NCBI GenBank assembly: GCA_964440305.1 | Contig: CAYTRS010000002.1 | Location: 4,048 to 68,047, forward strand | DNA length: 64,000 nucleotides | Source: an uncultured Bdellovibrionales bacterium | GTDB lineage: Bacteria; Patescibacteriota; Minisyncoccia; Moranbacterales; JAKLHP01 | Reading direction: 5' to 3' | In this document: piece after piece, positions 31,248-40,953 of the stretch | How positions within the stretch are numbered: position 1 is the stretch's first letter | How the letters are laid out: each line of letters begins with the position of its first letter | Made by a program: the position numbers and the translations under genes | Notes under the pieces: generated by a model | What the model saw: only the letters and a program-made list of their open reading frames with translations | Told to the model about the DNA's origin: nothing | Databases searched by the model: none

Positions 31248-31309
31248 TGATGATTGTTTTTAATTTTGTGACTACTTGCCATTTTAGGTTCAAACTCTTA
31301 CCTTCTTTA

Positions 31310-31338
31310 ATTTTACTCTTAATCGGTCGCAGAGTAAA
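31310..31338 (-). promoter_or_regulatory. Sigma70-like promoter for the MTase-GHKL pair
   Basis: TTTACT-N17-TAAAAT; the -35 element is supplied by the edge of the boundary repeat. Confidence 0.55.
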
Positions 31339-31399
31339 GAAAAACGGCCCGTATTTCGTCAAATTTCGCCCACAGGGGCGACTTTCGCGTCGAAAGGGT
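31333..31399 (+). repeat. Module-boundary repeat, copy 2
   Basis: 51/67 identical to 42623-42688 by hand alignment; core 31352-31381 is 29/30 identical to 35878-35907. Confidence 0.8.
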
Positions 31400-31420
31400 A
31401 TGGAAGTGCCAATATGCCAG

Positions 31421-31445
31421 AAACCGGAGTAAACCACTCCGGTTT
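31421..31445. terminator. Hairpin, probable terminator
   Basis: AAACCGGAGT-AAACC-ACTCCGGTTT perfect 10-bp stem downstream of 31559-32671. Confidence 0.6.
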
Positions 31446-31558
31446 GGCTGATTTCATATAAGCGTCGCGAATCTGTCCCAACATTCGCATTTATTAACCG
31501 TCATGCGCTCATTGCGCTCACTTGCAATAAGCATAATCTTTGTTATGCCTACACAAAG

Positions 31559-32671
31559 TCATGCCTTTTTTATGGCAGACTCAATTAAATCATCGAAAGA
31601 TAGTTCGCCTTTTTTATAGGCGTCAAATGCAGCATCAAGTTCTTTATTTGTAAGAAATCCGTCATATCTAAGTTTTGGAACTGAATCAAAATTATTCTTC
31701 TTGGCTACAACTTTCATAACTTGTCTATTAAATTCATGAATCAAATATGATCTCATTGTATTTAAAAACTTTTTGTATCTCATGACTCTATATACATCAT
31801 AATATTGAGTCATTTTTAAATTATTTCCTTCTGTAAGGTAATGGAAGATAGTTCTTATCTTACTTTTTGCAAGATCATATTTTCTATTTTCGTCTGCATA
31901 GGCTACATATCTTGTTTTTTCAACAGAAAGCGCATGATCATCAGGATCCGCTCCGCTTTTAGCCTTATCCAAACCGAAATCCCAGAATTTTTTTATTTGC
32001 TTTAAATATTTCAAACTCGCTTTTGCTGGAGAATCGCTTGAAATAGGATATTTGCAATAAAAAACTTCTTCTGGCAAAAAGCTAACTTTTCTTGGGATTT
32101 CCTTGTCGCCGTATCCTTTAAAGTAATTCTTATTGGTAAAATAATAAGTTATAATACTATACTTCTGTAAATATTCAGCAATATGTCCATTTCTTTTTTT
32201 GATTTTCATTGTAGAATCACGCAAATAATCAAAATCTACTGGAAGGACATACTTATTGCTCTTAACATCAATCTCATCCCAGCATGTTCTATAAAAAGAA
32301 ATACCAGTGACCATGAGTTGATAAGCAATCATATTTAAAAACCCTCCAAGATCATCACCATTCCCATATAAATTGTCTCGGTATCGGGAATATTTATCAG
32401 TAAAATATTTTTCTAAATCTTCTTTTATTGTTAGGTTGTCACATTCAAATGAAAAATAATCTCTTTCATGCGTTATATATCCTGGTCTATCTGAAACTGG
32501 CACATCGCGAAGTGGAAATAATGAATTTCTTATAAACATTGTTTCGTTAAATAAGCCCATGGAATCACGAGAAGCAGCTTCTAGCCTAGAGTAGCCCTTG
32601 ATATAGCTCAAGAATGGATCGTCGATTGAGCTTCCATCTTTATCAAATATAGTTTTATTTCTTCGTTTCAT
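31559..32671 (-). CDS. Hypothetical protein with weak HK97-type portal-like motifs
   Basis: 370 aa; FLNMIAYQLMVTGISFY and VSFLPEEVFYCKYP resemble portal motifs; start overlaps the upstream gene. Confidence 0.45.
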   Translation of the reverse strand: MKRRNKTIFDKDGSSIDDPFLSYIKGYSRLEAASRDSMGLFNETMFIRNSLFPLRDVPVSDRPGYITHERDYFSFECDNLTIKEDLEKYFTDKYSRYRDNLYGNGDDLGGFLNMIAYQLMVTGISFYRTCWDEIDVKSNKYVLPVDFDYLRDSTMKIKKRNGHIAEYLQKYSIITYYFTNKNYFKGYGDKEIPRKVSFLPEEVFYCKYPISSDSPAKASLKYLKQIKKFWDFGLDKAKSGADPDDHALSVEKTRYVAYADENRKYDLAKSKIRTIFHYLTEGNNLKMTQYYDVYRVMRYKKFLNTMRSYLIHEFNRQVMKVVAKKNNFDSVPKLRYDGFLTNKELDAAFDAYKKGELSFDDLIESAIKKA

Positions 32672-35126
32672 TGATTTTTGATAATACGGTTACAAAGCTT
32701 AAAACCTCCTCTCTTCTTTTTATAAATTCTACAAATTTTTCAACGCTATCATCTTCAATATTTCCAAGTCCATAACTAACTTCTCTGATAAATTTACTAG
32801 GATGATTGGCTACTTCCTGCATTCCAGAATAAAACCTAACATGGTCATATGTTTTTGGCATCTCAAGTATTTTATGATGAATCTGCGTATACCAATTGTG
32901 ATATTTCGTGGTTTCCCACTGGATAAGCTTAGTGGTTAAGTCAATGCCTCCAATGTTTCTTGCGTCTCCAAGGATTTCTATGGATTTTATGAAATAGCCT
33001 GGTCTGTAAGATTTTTCAAAAATTTTCACATACTCAATGAGCATTTTTTTATTTTGCTCCAATTCTGAGTGCAGAAACAAAAATCCTCCCAAGATAACTA
33101 CTAATCGATTTCTTAATATAAACATATCCGTGTTTGTTTCATTCACATTAAGCACGGATATTATTAGCGATAATATCTTGGATAGCTCTACAAATAATGC
33201 CTTTCTTTTTTTAAGAATAGATTGAAAAATAATCTTTTCTATTTCTTCAAGCAACTCGAGTTTAATGAGTATTTCTTTTGGGATGGTAAGTATGTAGGCA
33301 GCACACTTCGAAATGTCCTGAGAAAATTCATTTGCAAGAGTGAATTTATTTAGGTAAAACATTCTACTAATCCACTCGAATCTGATCTTTATAAAATGCG
33401 CACAATTTTCGTAATCTTTCTTCTTGATTAAATCAATTATGACATCTTCTTGATGATGAAGCATTTCACTAAAAAACTTCTTAAAAAGTTCTTTTTCTCT
33501 GCTTTTGACGCTACCCAACATTTCTTCCTCAAGATTTTTTACAGGAGTCATGATTTTGCCTTCGCACCCTTGTTCCAATTCCAAACGTTTCCAATAATCT
33601 ATAAATTGTTCATAGAAAATTGATGGCAGATCAATATTTTCTACAAAACCCTGACCATTTGAAAGCTTTCCATCATTACCAACTAAGGATCTGATGATCT
33701 CCTTGTATTTCTTGTATTTGAACCCGTCTATCAATACCAGTCCTGTTGTAAAATATGCATTCAAATAATCGTTTAGGTCTTCTTGCTTGGTTATATTTTT
33801 ATACAAATCCAAAAATGATCTAAAGAATTTATCATAAGTTTCAATTTCTTGATTTTCATAGATTCCATAAATCTTTTTCTGTCCACTATTAGTTTTTGAA
33901 TAATCACCACTTAATATGGTTTGATAAGATTTGATAACATGACTTAACAAATCTGGATTACTATTTATTGCATGGGATTGAATCTTTTGAAAAAGGGTAA
34001 AAGCATTATCTTCAAACCATGATAAATCTGGTTTTGGTAAAAATAACGGTCCAGTTCCTTGTAGCTCATAGTTGAGTTTTATAATGCTTTCAGATGAGCT
34101 ACCAGATTTTGCCAAATCGTGCTTTTGGTAAAACCACCATCCATTCTCCCTATCTATATACTTTTTATTTCCCGCGTACTCCGTAATGACAAAAGCAAGC
34201 ACAGTTGGAGCATAGATCGCATCACTATTGTTTTTAATTTTCAACAAATCATCAAATAAATTTTCGAGTAATCGCAACAATTTTCTAGTATTATTTCGAG
34301 CGTGCTGTACAAGGCTCCAACTTTTATACTTATAGGAAGATTTATCAGAAGCCGTTTTTATATTATCTCGAATATCACTCCAAAGTCTTTCAAATAGATG
34401 CTTGGGCTTAATTGTAACTATATAATGACTTTTGAAAATTATAATTCCCAATAAAGAAATAACGACCATCAAGCAAGCTATGGCAAAGCTAAATATTGGT
34501 TCAGGATAATCAAAAAATTCTGTTCGCAATAAAACAGAGATAGCCAGTAAATCAGTGAACACTAAAAGTTTAAAATAAAAGCTACCGACAGTTTCCTCAT
34601 TAACATAATCAGATACTTCCGATGAATATTTATCTGTACTTAATTGGAAGCCAACGGCGTATAAGGCAAATAATAAACCGAGAACCGCCGATATTGCACC
34701 AATAGATATCTCCAAAAACAACTCGATAAAATCTCGCCCAGGCACTCTGATGAAAGACAGGCTATTTGAAAATCCTTGTAATTGATCAAGTCCGATTAGC
34801 CATGCGGATGTTTTTGAAATAAGCAAGTCAATCGCAAATGAAACAACTATAAAAATAATAATCAGTGATATGATTTCACCCGACAACCTCACTATTTCAT
34901 TAACAATTTTATACTCCTTAATGCGCAATTGAAGTTTGAAGCTACTGACCCTAAAGCCCTCCTTCCTTTTTTGAAATTGATAATAAATAAATCCAAACAA
35001 TCTTGAAAAAAATTGATAAAATATATTACCATTTTCATCGCCAGGGTATGAATACTTTTTCTTTCTCTTTATCAGTCTGCTGATAAAGAGGAGCAAGAGG
35101 TATTTTATTGTTTTTAGATATCGCAT
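32655..35126 (-). CDS. Large membrane-anchored hypothetical protein
   Basis: 823 aa with ~4 N-terminal TM helices (DUF2254-like GFQLSTDKYSS segment) and a long helical soluble region; AT-rich DNA. Confidence 0.7.
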   Translation of the reverse strand: MRYLKTIKYLLLLFISRLIKRKKKYSYPGDENGNIFYQFFSRLFGFIYYQFQKRKEGFRVSSFKLQLRIKEYKIVNEIVRLSGEIISLIIIFIVVSFAIDLLISKTSAWLIGLDQLQGFSNSLSFIRVPGRDFIELFLEISIGAISAVLGLLFALYAVGFQLSTDKYSSEVSDYVNEETVGSFYFKLLVFTDLLAISVLLRTEFFDYPEPIFSFAIACLMVVISLLGIIIFKSHYIVTIKPKHLFERLWSDIRDNIKTASDKSSYKYKSWSLVQHARNNTRKLLRLLENLFDDLLKIKNNSDAIYAPTVLAFVITEYAGNKKYIDRENGWWFYQKHDLAKSGSSSESIIKLNYELQGTGPLFLPKPDLSWFEDNAFTLFQKIQSHAINSNPDLLSHVIKSYQTILSGDYSKTNSGQKKIYGIYENQEIETYDKFFRSFLDLYKNITKQEDLNDYLNAYFTTGLVLIDGFKYKKYKEIIRSLVGNDGKLSNGQGFVENIDLPSIFYEQFIDYWKRLELEQGCEGKIMTPVKNLEEEMLGSVKSREKELFKKFFSEMLHHQEDVIIDLIKKKDYENCAHFIKIRFEWISRMFYLNKFTLANEFSQDISKCAAYILTIPKEILIKLELLEEIEKIIFQSILKKRKALFVELSKILSLIISVLNVNETNTDMFILRNRLVVILGGFLFLHSELEQNKKMLIEYVKIFEKSYRPGYFIKSIEILGDARNIGGIDLTTKLIQWETTKYHNWYTQIHHKILEMPKTYDHVRFYSGMQEVANHPSKFIREVSYGLGNIEDDSVEKFVEFIKRREEVLSFVTVLSKINETKK

Positions 35127-35130
35127 GACC

Positions 35131-35838
35131 TTATTTCAATCTAGCATATTCTTCTTTTAATCTGATTAACATCTCCGGATAATACCGAAAAAAGCTTTGT
35201 ATCTTTTTGATATCGCCGTTGGAAATTTTCCCTTTTTTCATACTGTCAAACTCCAATGTATTTATATCGAACCGCGCATCAATATTTCTTTGCTTTGAAA
35301 TTACATGGAAATGTGCAGGCGGGTGGTCTTTCGGATGCAACTCCATTCTTAAATCACCGGCAGCAGCTATAAATCTTTTTATTTTATAGACCGTGCCATC
35401 CGGCAACACCTGCGTCGAATCAAGGTGTACTTCCAATAAGTCCGCGACACTCCTCTTTAATCTTGGCGCGATTAACTCATCCCTCGTGTTATCCTTGGTA
35501 TTGGTTTTGTCGTCGAGAGTGAGAGCTAGCTCTTTCGGATCAAGATATTTCTTGCAATCTGACCATATAGTGTTTTTATTTCCCTTTTTAAAATTTTCAA
35601 ATTCGGATTCGACTTCAAATAATCCCACAACGACACCAAGCGCGTATTCACCGTCTTTTAATCGAAATACTTCTCCGTAAAAAACAGTGCCGACATGTTT
35701 GTCCCAATCATGCTCTATGAGATAAGGAATATATTTGCTATTGATCTGGTCGGCCATACCCTCAAGCGCATTTTTGGACATACGTTCTCCATGCCTGTCC
35801 ACATGGGTAGTGCTCATTATTCCAGTAATAATCCTCAT
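35131..35838 (-). CDS. Prohead-protease-like domain fused to DUF4160-like domain
   Basis: N-terminal GIMSTTHVDRHGERMSKNAL...IPYLIEHDWDKHVG; C-terminal HPKDHPPAHFHV...ARFDINTLE. Confidence 0.6.
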   Translation of the reverse strand: MRIITGIMSTTHVDRHGERMSKNALEGMADQINSKYIPYLIEHDWDKHVGTVFYGEVFRLKDGEYALGVVVGLFEVESEFENFKKGNKNTIWSDCKKYLDPKELALTLDDKTNTKDNTRDELIAPRLKRSVADLLEVHLDSTQVLPDGTVYKIKRFIAAAGDLRMELHPKDHPPAHFHVISKQRNIDARFDINTLEFDSMKKGKISNGDIKKIQSFFRYYPEMLIRLKEEYARLK

Positions 35839-35877
35839 TTTTTATAAATGTCAAATCAATTAACCTTAGCTAGGCTC

Positions 35878-35924
35878 TATTTCGCCAAATTTCGCCCACA
35901 GGGGCGATTACCACCCGAAAGCGT
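35878..35924 (+). repeat. Module-boundary repeat, copy 3
   Basis: TATTTCGCCAAATTTCGCCCACAGGGGCGA...CCGAAAGCGT. Confidence 0.8.
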
Positions 35925-35977
35925 CCGAACATGCTTATTTACTGGAAATCGGTCCAAACTCGCTCAAAGCCAAAAAG

Positions 35978-36715
35978 CTATCTTATCGAATTCCAATTAT
36001 CCAAAAAGTAGTCCATCTCATGATCCATATTCCCGAGGTATACGTGATTGTCTCTGAATTTTATATTCACGCGATAGCGTTTGCCTTGTCCCACTTCCAA
36101 TATTGCTTTTTCATGTACCTTCTTTTCTATCTCAAGAAAAGGCAAGATTAAAAAATGATTCTGTTTTTCTCCATGTAAAACAAAAATGTAAAATACACTG
36201 CCACTATTGTGACGTTCGAATGATACTTTTCTGATATCGAAAACATAGGCATCAAAACGGTTTAGGTTGGAGGTTTTCACTTGTATTCCAAAAAGTTGAG
36301 TTCCTTTTACTGCCACGATATCCATTCCGACATCTACGCTCATAATACTGGCGTTGAAACCGCGAAAAAGCAGTTCGCTGCAAACCAAGTGCTCGCCGCC
36401 TTTCCCTGTGAATCCACTTTCTACAACCAGTCTCTCTTCCGCCTCTTTTTCGGCTTCTATAATTTTCGGCGTTTGCTTTACCTCTTTTTTATCATGATTA
36501 AGCGTAAAAGTTCCGGGTGCGGTTTTCATGAAATCCGAGCCCTTGCCCTTGTTTTTAATATCTACCGTAATTTGGGCGTTCATTGAAGCTTCAGGCGTTG
36601 CTCCTTCGGTCTCTAAAATTCCCGATTCCAAAGCCAACCGCGTGATTTCGGTGTAATGCAAAGACTTTCCTGCTTTTTTCAGCACTTTGATTGCTGATTG
36701 TTTGAATGTGTTCAT
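35978..36715 (-). CDS. HARE-HTH + PD-(D/E)XK nuclease protein
   Basis: AIKVLKKAGKSLHYTEI...GATPEASM (HARE-HTH); GEHLVCSELLFRG...DVGMDIVA...IQVKT (nuclease). Confidence 0.85.
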   Translation of the reverse strand: MNTFKQSAIKVLKKAGKSLHYTEITRLALESGILETEGATPEASMNAQITVDIKNKGKGSDFMKTAPGTFTLNHDKKEVKQTPKIIEAEKEAEERLVVESGFTGKGGEHLVCSELLFRGFNASIMSVDVGMDIVAVKGTQLFGIQVKTSNLNRFDAYVFDIRKVSFERHNSGSVFYIFVLHGEKQNHFLILPFLEIEKKVHEKAILEVGQGKRYRVNIKFRDNHVYLGNMDHEMDYFLDNWNSIR

Positions 36716-36718
36716 ATT

Positions 36719-39700
36719 TTATTCTGTAAATTTACCACCCGATATATCAAAGAATCTTTCAAAGAAATTCGTGAGTTTCGTTAAAACACTCTCACGCTTT
36801 TTGGAACGCTCGCCGGTCGGAGAAAAGCGGGATACAGGAGGCAAGACCTTAGTAATAGCAGTACCGGTTGTCGCTACACTACCGTCACGGAAAGCATTTT
36901 TTACAAACGCATAAGTTGCATCGTGATCCAAACCTTCATTGTCAATAATTTTTTCAAGCTCCTCAATCTTTTTCTTATTCACGAATTTCTGCCAATCATC
37001 ATCAACCACCGAATGAATATCAAGTGAAGTGATAAACTGATTAATGAGATCTTTCTTATTGCGTAGTTCAATGCTTGAGTCTATTGCTTTATTAATATCA
37101 ACCAAAATCTCGCGATTTTTATTGTGGTCTTCGTGATATTTCTTGATGAGTCCCAACACAAAGTCAATATTTATTTCTACCTGCTTGATAAGCTCCATCT
37201 CAAACACTAAATCATCGTTAATATTTTCCTGATCAATGTCTGCATTTTTACGAAATTCATTGTACAGATCAATGTACATACTATGATAATCTTGAATATC
37301 GCGCTCAGTTAAAATCTCATTGCCGGCAAACTCATCAAAAGTTGTCAAAATGTTACGAACTCGTAATATCCCGCCATAGAGCTTGATAAAATCTTTCTGT
37401 TTTTGTTCGCCAATGATTTGCTCACCGACTGGGAATTTTTCCAGGAGCTCTGCCACTAAACCTGTATATCCGCGCACTTCCTTGTTACCGTCTTTGTAGC
37501 CGTTATAATACTCCTCGTATGATTTAAGAAGTACAATACCGCCCGCTTCTTTATCGCCAAATAGAGCTATGGATTCGTTTGTCGCTTTCTCTAGGTTACG
37601 GAAGCAAACAATGTTTCCAAAGGTCTTTACGCTATTTAAAATACGATTGGTACGCGAAAATGCCTGCAAGAGTCCATGCAGTCTCAAGTTTTTATCCACC
37701 CAAAGCGTGTTCAGCGTTGTGGCGTCAAAGCCGGTCAAAAACATATTGACCACAATCAGGACATCAATCTCGCGGTTTTTCACTCTCAAACTCACGTCTT
37801 TGTAATAATTTTGAAACTTATCCGATGAAGTATCAAAAGACGTTCCAAACATCGCATTGTAATCAATAATTGCATTATCAAGAAAATCTCTTGAACTCAC
37901 ATCGAGTCCGCTCGTATCTTCTGAGTTTTCGTCTATCATTCCATCGGCGTCTTCATCATTCACGCCGAAGCTATAAATTGTTGCTATCTTGAGTTGTTTG
38001 TCACTCGGTACATTTGTGAGTTGTTTTTTAAATTCGGCATAATACTTTTTTGCGACATCAATGGACGAAACCGCAAATATAGAATTAAAGCCTGCTAATC
38101 TTCTGTCCTTCAGTTTATAAAAACTGTTACGCTTGGTCTTTTGGTCAAAATGTTCGCGAATGTAGCTGACGATATTTGCTAAGCGCTCTGGCGAAGCAAG
38201 TACCGCCTCTCGATCGATATCACTGACTTTCTTATCTTCAATATTTTCAGCTTCACGAACAGTAGAAACATAATCCACTTTAAACGGCAAAACATTTTTA
38301 TCAGCGATGGCATTTACAATGGTGTAGGTATGCAGTTTTTCACCAAAGGCTTGCTCGGTGGTTTTCAAGTCCGGTCGTCCGCTAGAAGACGCGTTCATGG
38401 CAAAAATTGGTGTACCGGTAAAACCAAAGAGGTTGTAATTCTTGAATGTTTTGGTAATAGCGGCGTGCATATCGCCAAACTGTGAACGGTGACATTCGTC
38501 AAAGATAAGCACTACATGCCCATCAAAAATAGTATGCCCGGAATTGCGCCCAATAAAACGATCGAGTTTCTGGATAGTGGTGATGATAATTCGTGCGTTC
38601 GGATTTTCCAATTGTTTCTTCAAAATCGCCGTACTGGTATTACTATTGGCCGCACCTTTCTCAAACTTATCGTATTCTCGCATGGTCTGATAGTCCAAGT
38701 CCTTGCGGTCAACCACAAACATCACCTTATCCACATACGTCAATCTACTCACGAGCTGGGCAGTCTTGAAACTGGTCAAAGTTTTTCCCGATCCGGTCGT
38801 GTGCCAAATGTACCCTCCAGCCTCAACCGTGCCAAGTTTCTTGTAGTTCGTGCTGACTTCAATGCGACTCAATATTCTCTCTGTCGCCACTATCTGATAT
38901 GGTCGCATCGCCAAAAGCTGTCGTTCAGTGGTAAAAACACAATAGCGGGTCAAAATATTTAAAAGCGCGTGTTTGGCAAAAAATGTCTTGACAAAATCCA
39001 TCAGATCCGTAATTGGTCGATTGGTAGCATCTGCCCACCAACTGGTAAATTCAAAACTGCTGCTAGAGCGCTTACCTTTTTTCACCGCACCCTCACTGGC
39101 TTCTTTGATATGCTCCGAACGGACGGTGTTGCTATAATATTTTGTATGCGTGCCATTGGAAATTATAAATAGTTGAACATATTCAAAAAGCCCCGCCGAA
39201 GCCCAAAAACTTTCGCGTTGATAACGGTTAATCTGATTGAATGCCTCGGCAATAGCGACTCCACGGCGCTTGAGCTCGACATGCACCATCGGCAAACCAT
39301 TAACAAGAATCGTTACATCATAGCGATTAGCGCGTTGCCCATCTTCAGTCGCATATTGATTGATGACCTGCAAGCTATTGTCGTGAATGTTGTCTTTTTT
39401 TATAAGATACACATTTTTGACTGTTCCGTCCTCGCGCGTCAGGTTTCTAATATGATCTTCTTGGATCGTTGCTGTTTTTTCTGCAATGCTTTGGTTTGGA
39501 TTGGCAATTTCACTTGCAAAGAAATTCTCCCATTCAGCATCAGCAAAAGTAAACCCATTGAGTTTCTCCAATTGCAAACGGAGGTTCGATACCAAATCAG
39601 ATTCAGATGTGATAGCTAGATATTCGTACGCTTGCGTTTCGAGTTGTTTTATAAAAGCACGCTCCAGATCCGCCTCGCTTTGATAAGAAACACCATCCCG

Positions 39701-39793
39701 TACCCGATCTGCGAGCTTATAATACTCAGCGACAACGGTGCTTTGAGGATTTTCTGCAACTAGATTGTATTTTTTATTATTTGGCATATTCAT
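36719..39793 (-). CDS. hsdR: Type I restriction endonuclease R subunit (EcoR124I-like)
   Basis: RYDVTILVNGLP..VELK, HTTGSGKT, DECHRSQFG, FTGTP, MFLTGFDA, QAFSRTNR. Confidence 0.97.
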   Translation of the reverse strand: MNMPNNKKYNLVAENPQSTVVAEYYKLADRVRDGVSYQSEADLERAFIKQLETQAYEYLAITSESDLVSNLRLQLEKLNGFTFADAEWENFFASEIANPNQSIAEKTATIQEDHIRNLTREDGTVKNVYLIKKDNIHDNSLQVINQYATEDGQRANRYDVTILVNGLPMVHVELKRRGVAIAEAFNQINRYQRESFWASAGLFEYVQLFIISNGTHTKYYSNTVRSEHIKEASEGAVKKGKRSSSSFEFTSWWADATNRPITDLMDFVKTFFAKHALLNILTRYCVFTTERQLLAMRPYQIVATERILSRIEVSTNYKKLGTVEAGGYIWHTTGSGKTLTSFKTAQLVSRLTYVDKVMFVVDRKDLDYQTMREYDKFEKGAANSNTSTAILKKQLENPNARIIITTIQKLDRFIGRNSGHTIFDGHVVLIFDECHRSQFGDMHAAITKTFKNYNLFGFTGTPIFAMNASSSGRPDLKTTEQAFGEKLHTYTIVNAIADKNVLPFKVDYVSTVREAENIEDKKVSDIDREAVLASPERLANIVSYIREHFDQKTKRNSFYKLKDRRLAGFNSIFAVSSIDVAKKYYAEFKKQLTNVPSDKQLKIATIYSFGVNDEDADGMIDENSEDTSGLDVSSRDFLDNAIIDYNAMFGTSFDTSSDKFQNYYKDVSLRVKNREIDVLIVVNMFLTGFDATTLNTLWVDKNLRLHGLLQAFSRTNRILNSVKTFGNIVCFRNLEKATNESIALFGDKEAGGIVLLKSYEEYYNGYKDGNKEVRGYTGLVAELLEKFPVGEQIIGEQKQKDFIKLYGGILRVRNILTTFDEFAGNEILTERDIQDYHSMYIDLYNEFRKNADIDQENINDDLVFEMELIKQVEINIDFVLGLIKKYHEDHNKNREILVDINKAIDSSIELRNKKDLINQFITSLDIHSVVDDDWQKFVNKKKIEELEKIIDNEGLDHDATYAFVKNAFRDGSVATTGTAITKVLPPVSRFSPTGERSKKRESVLTKLTNFFERFFDISGGKFTE

Positions 39794-40952
39794 TGAATGT
39801 TAGAAGCTTTCCTTGATAGTATTCATATTGTTGTCTGCGAGCAGAAAGTTCTGCTGGCAAACCAATTGAGATGTCGTTCACCAGCGCTTCAAGTTTATCA
39901 AGTATAGCCACAACGCTGTTCTGATGTGATAGATCAGGAATTTGCACAGTCGCTTTCTTTAAAATATCGTATGAAATAAAGGGCTGTGAACCTGCATGTG
40001 CTTGTGATCTAAAATCTTGTAAAAGTAAAAGATAATAACCATACCTTGGATTAATATTTGTCTTAATTTTACAGATTACTCCGTTATATGTAACAAAGTG
40101 TTTTCCCTTAACCCAATTAACAATACCCGCATATGCGCCAATATGGCCTATTACAGGCGCATCCTCACTATTATATTGATCATGTTGACCAGCTAAACGA
40201 TTACCACCATATACTGGATATTTTCCTCCTGTGTTCGGGATAGTATTGCCTTCGCCATATTGAAAATCGTAAATATCACCTAATGCTTTCCAATCCCCCT
40301 TATTGCTAGACAGCATTAAATCTTTTCTATAATACTCATACTGTTTCTTTCTTGCTTCTAGCTCTGCTTCTAGCTCTGCTTCTAGCTCTGTGAAATTATT
40401 AAGTACCTTAATAATTTCCTCTTGCACCGCAATCGGCGGGAGAGGTATTATAATTTTTGCAAAACGCTTTTTTGAAACATTAAATCGCGTTACACCACTT
40501 GCAGTTTTTGCAATTTGTTTTCTCATCTGTTCATCCCTAAATAAATATTTTGAAAATTCTGGTAAAAGCAGATTGGTATTATGAAAACGAAAACCAAAAC
40601 AGAAACTATTTAGATACAATGAACCATCGGCTTCTTTAGTTAAAACAGATGACATTCCGCACTCGTTCGGTGTTTCGGACGATCCTGTAAATAACACGTC
40701 CCCGTATTCAATTTTGTTCTGGTTTTCATCTTTACTCACCTTTACAAAAGTATTAATATCAGTATTGACTGCAATATTAGAAAAGATATTCATGTAGGTA
40801 ACAAATTTTGCGTTACCATTACTAAAATCATCCTTGCTCTTTCCAGACAGTCCGCCATAAAAATCGCCGAGTTTTCCCAACTCCTTAAACTCCACCCCAT
40901 TCGGGCAGAGTTCGGCGATCAGCTTTTCGATTTTGCTTACATGTTTAGTCAT
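39777..40952 (-). CDS. hsdS: Type I specificity subunit
   Basis: Likely start MTKHVSK at 40952; LCPNGVEFKELG, PLPPIAVQEEI, ELEA repeats, two target-recognition domains. Confidence 0.95.
   Translation of the reverse strand: MTKHVSKIEKLIAELCPNGVEFKELGKLGDFYGGLSGKSKDDFSNGNAKFVTYMNIFSNIAVNTDINTFVKVSKDENQNKIEYGDVLFTGSSETPNECGMSSVLTKEADGSLYLNSFCFGFRFHNTNLLLPEFSKYLFRDEQMRKQIAKTASGVTRFNVSKKRFAKIIIPLPPIAVQEEIIKVLNNFTELEAELEAELEARKKQYEYYRKDLMLSSNKGDWKALGDIYDFQYGEGNTIPNTGGKYPVYGGNRLAGQHDQYNSEDAPVIGHIGAYAGIVNWVKGKHFVTYNGVICKIKTNINPRYGYYLLLLQDFRSQAHAGSQPFISYDILKKATVQIPDLSHQNSVVAILDKLEALVNDISIGLPAELSARRQQYEYYQGKLLTFNEYAK
40354..40389 (+). repeat. 12-bp tandem repeat x3 in hsdS
   Basis: GCTTCTAGCTCT three times, encoding ELEA ELEA ELEA. 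Confidence 0.9.
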
Positions 40953-40953
40953 A

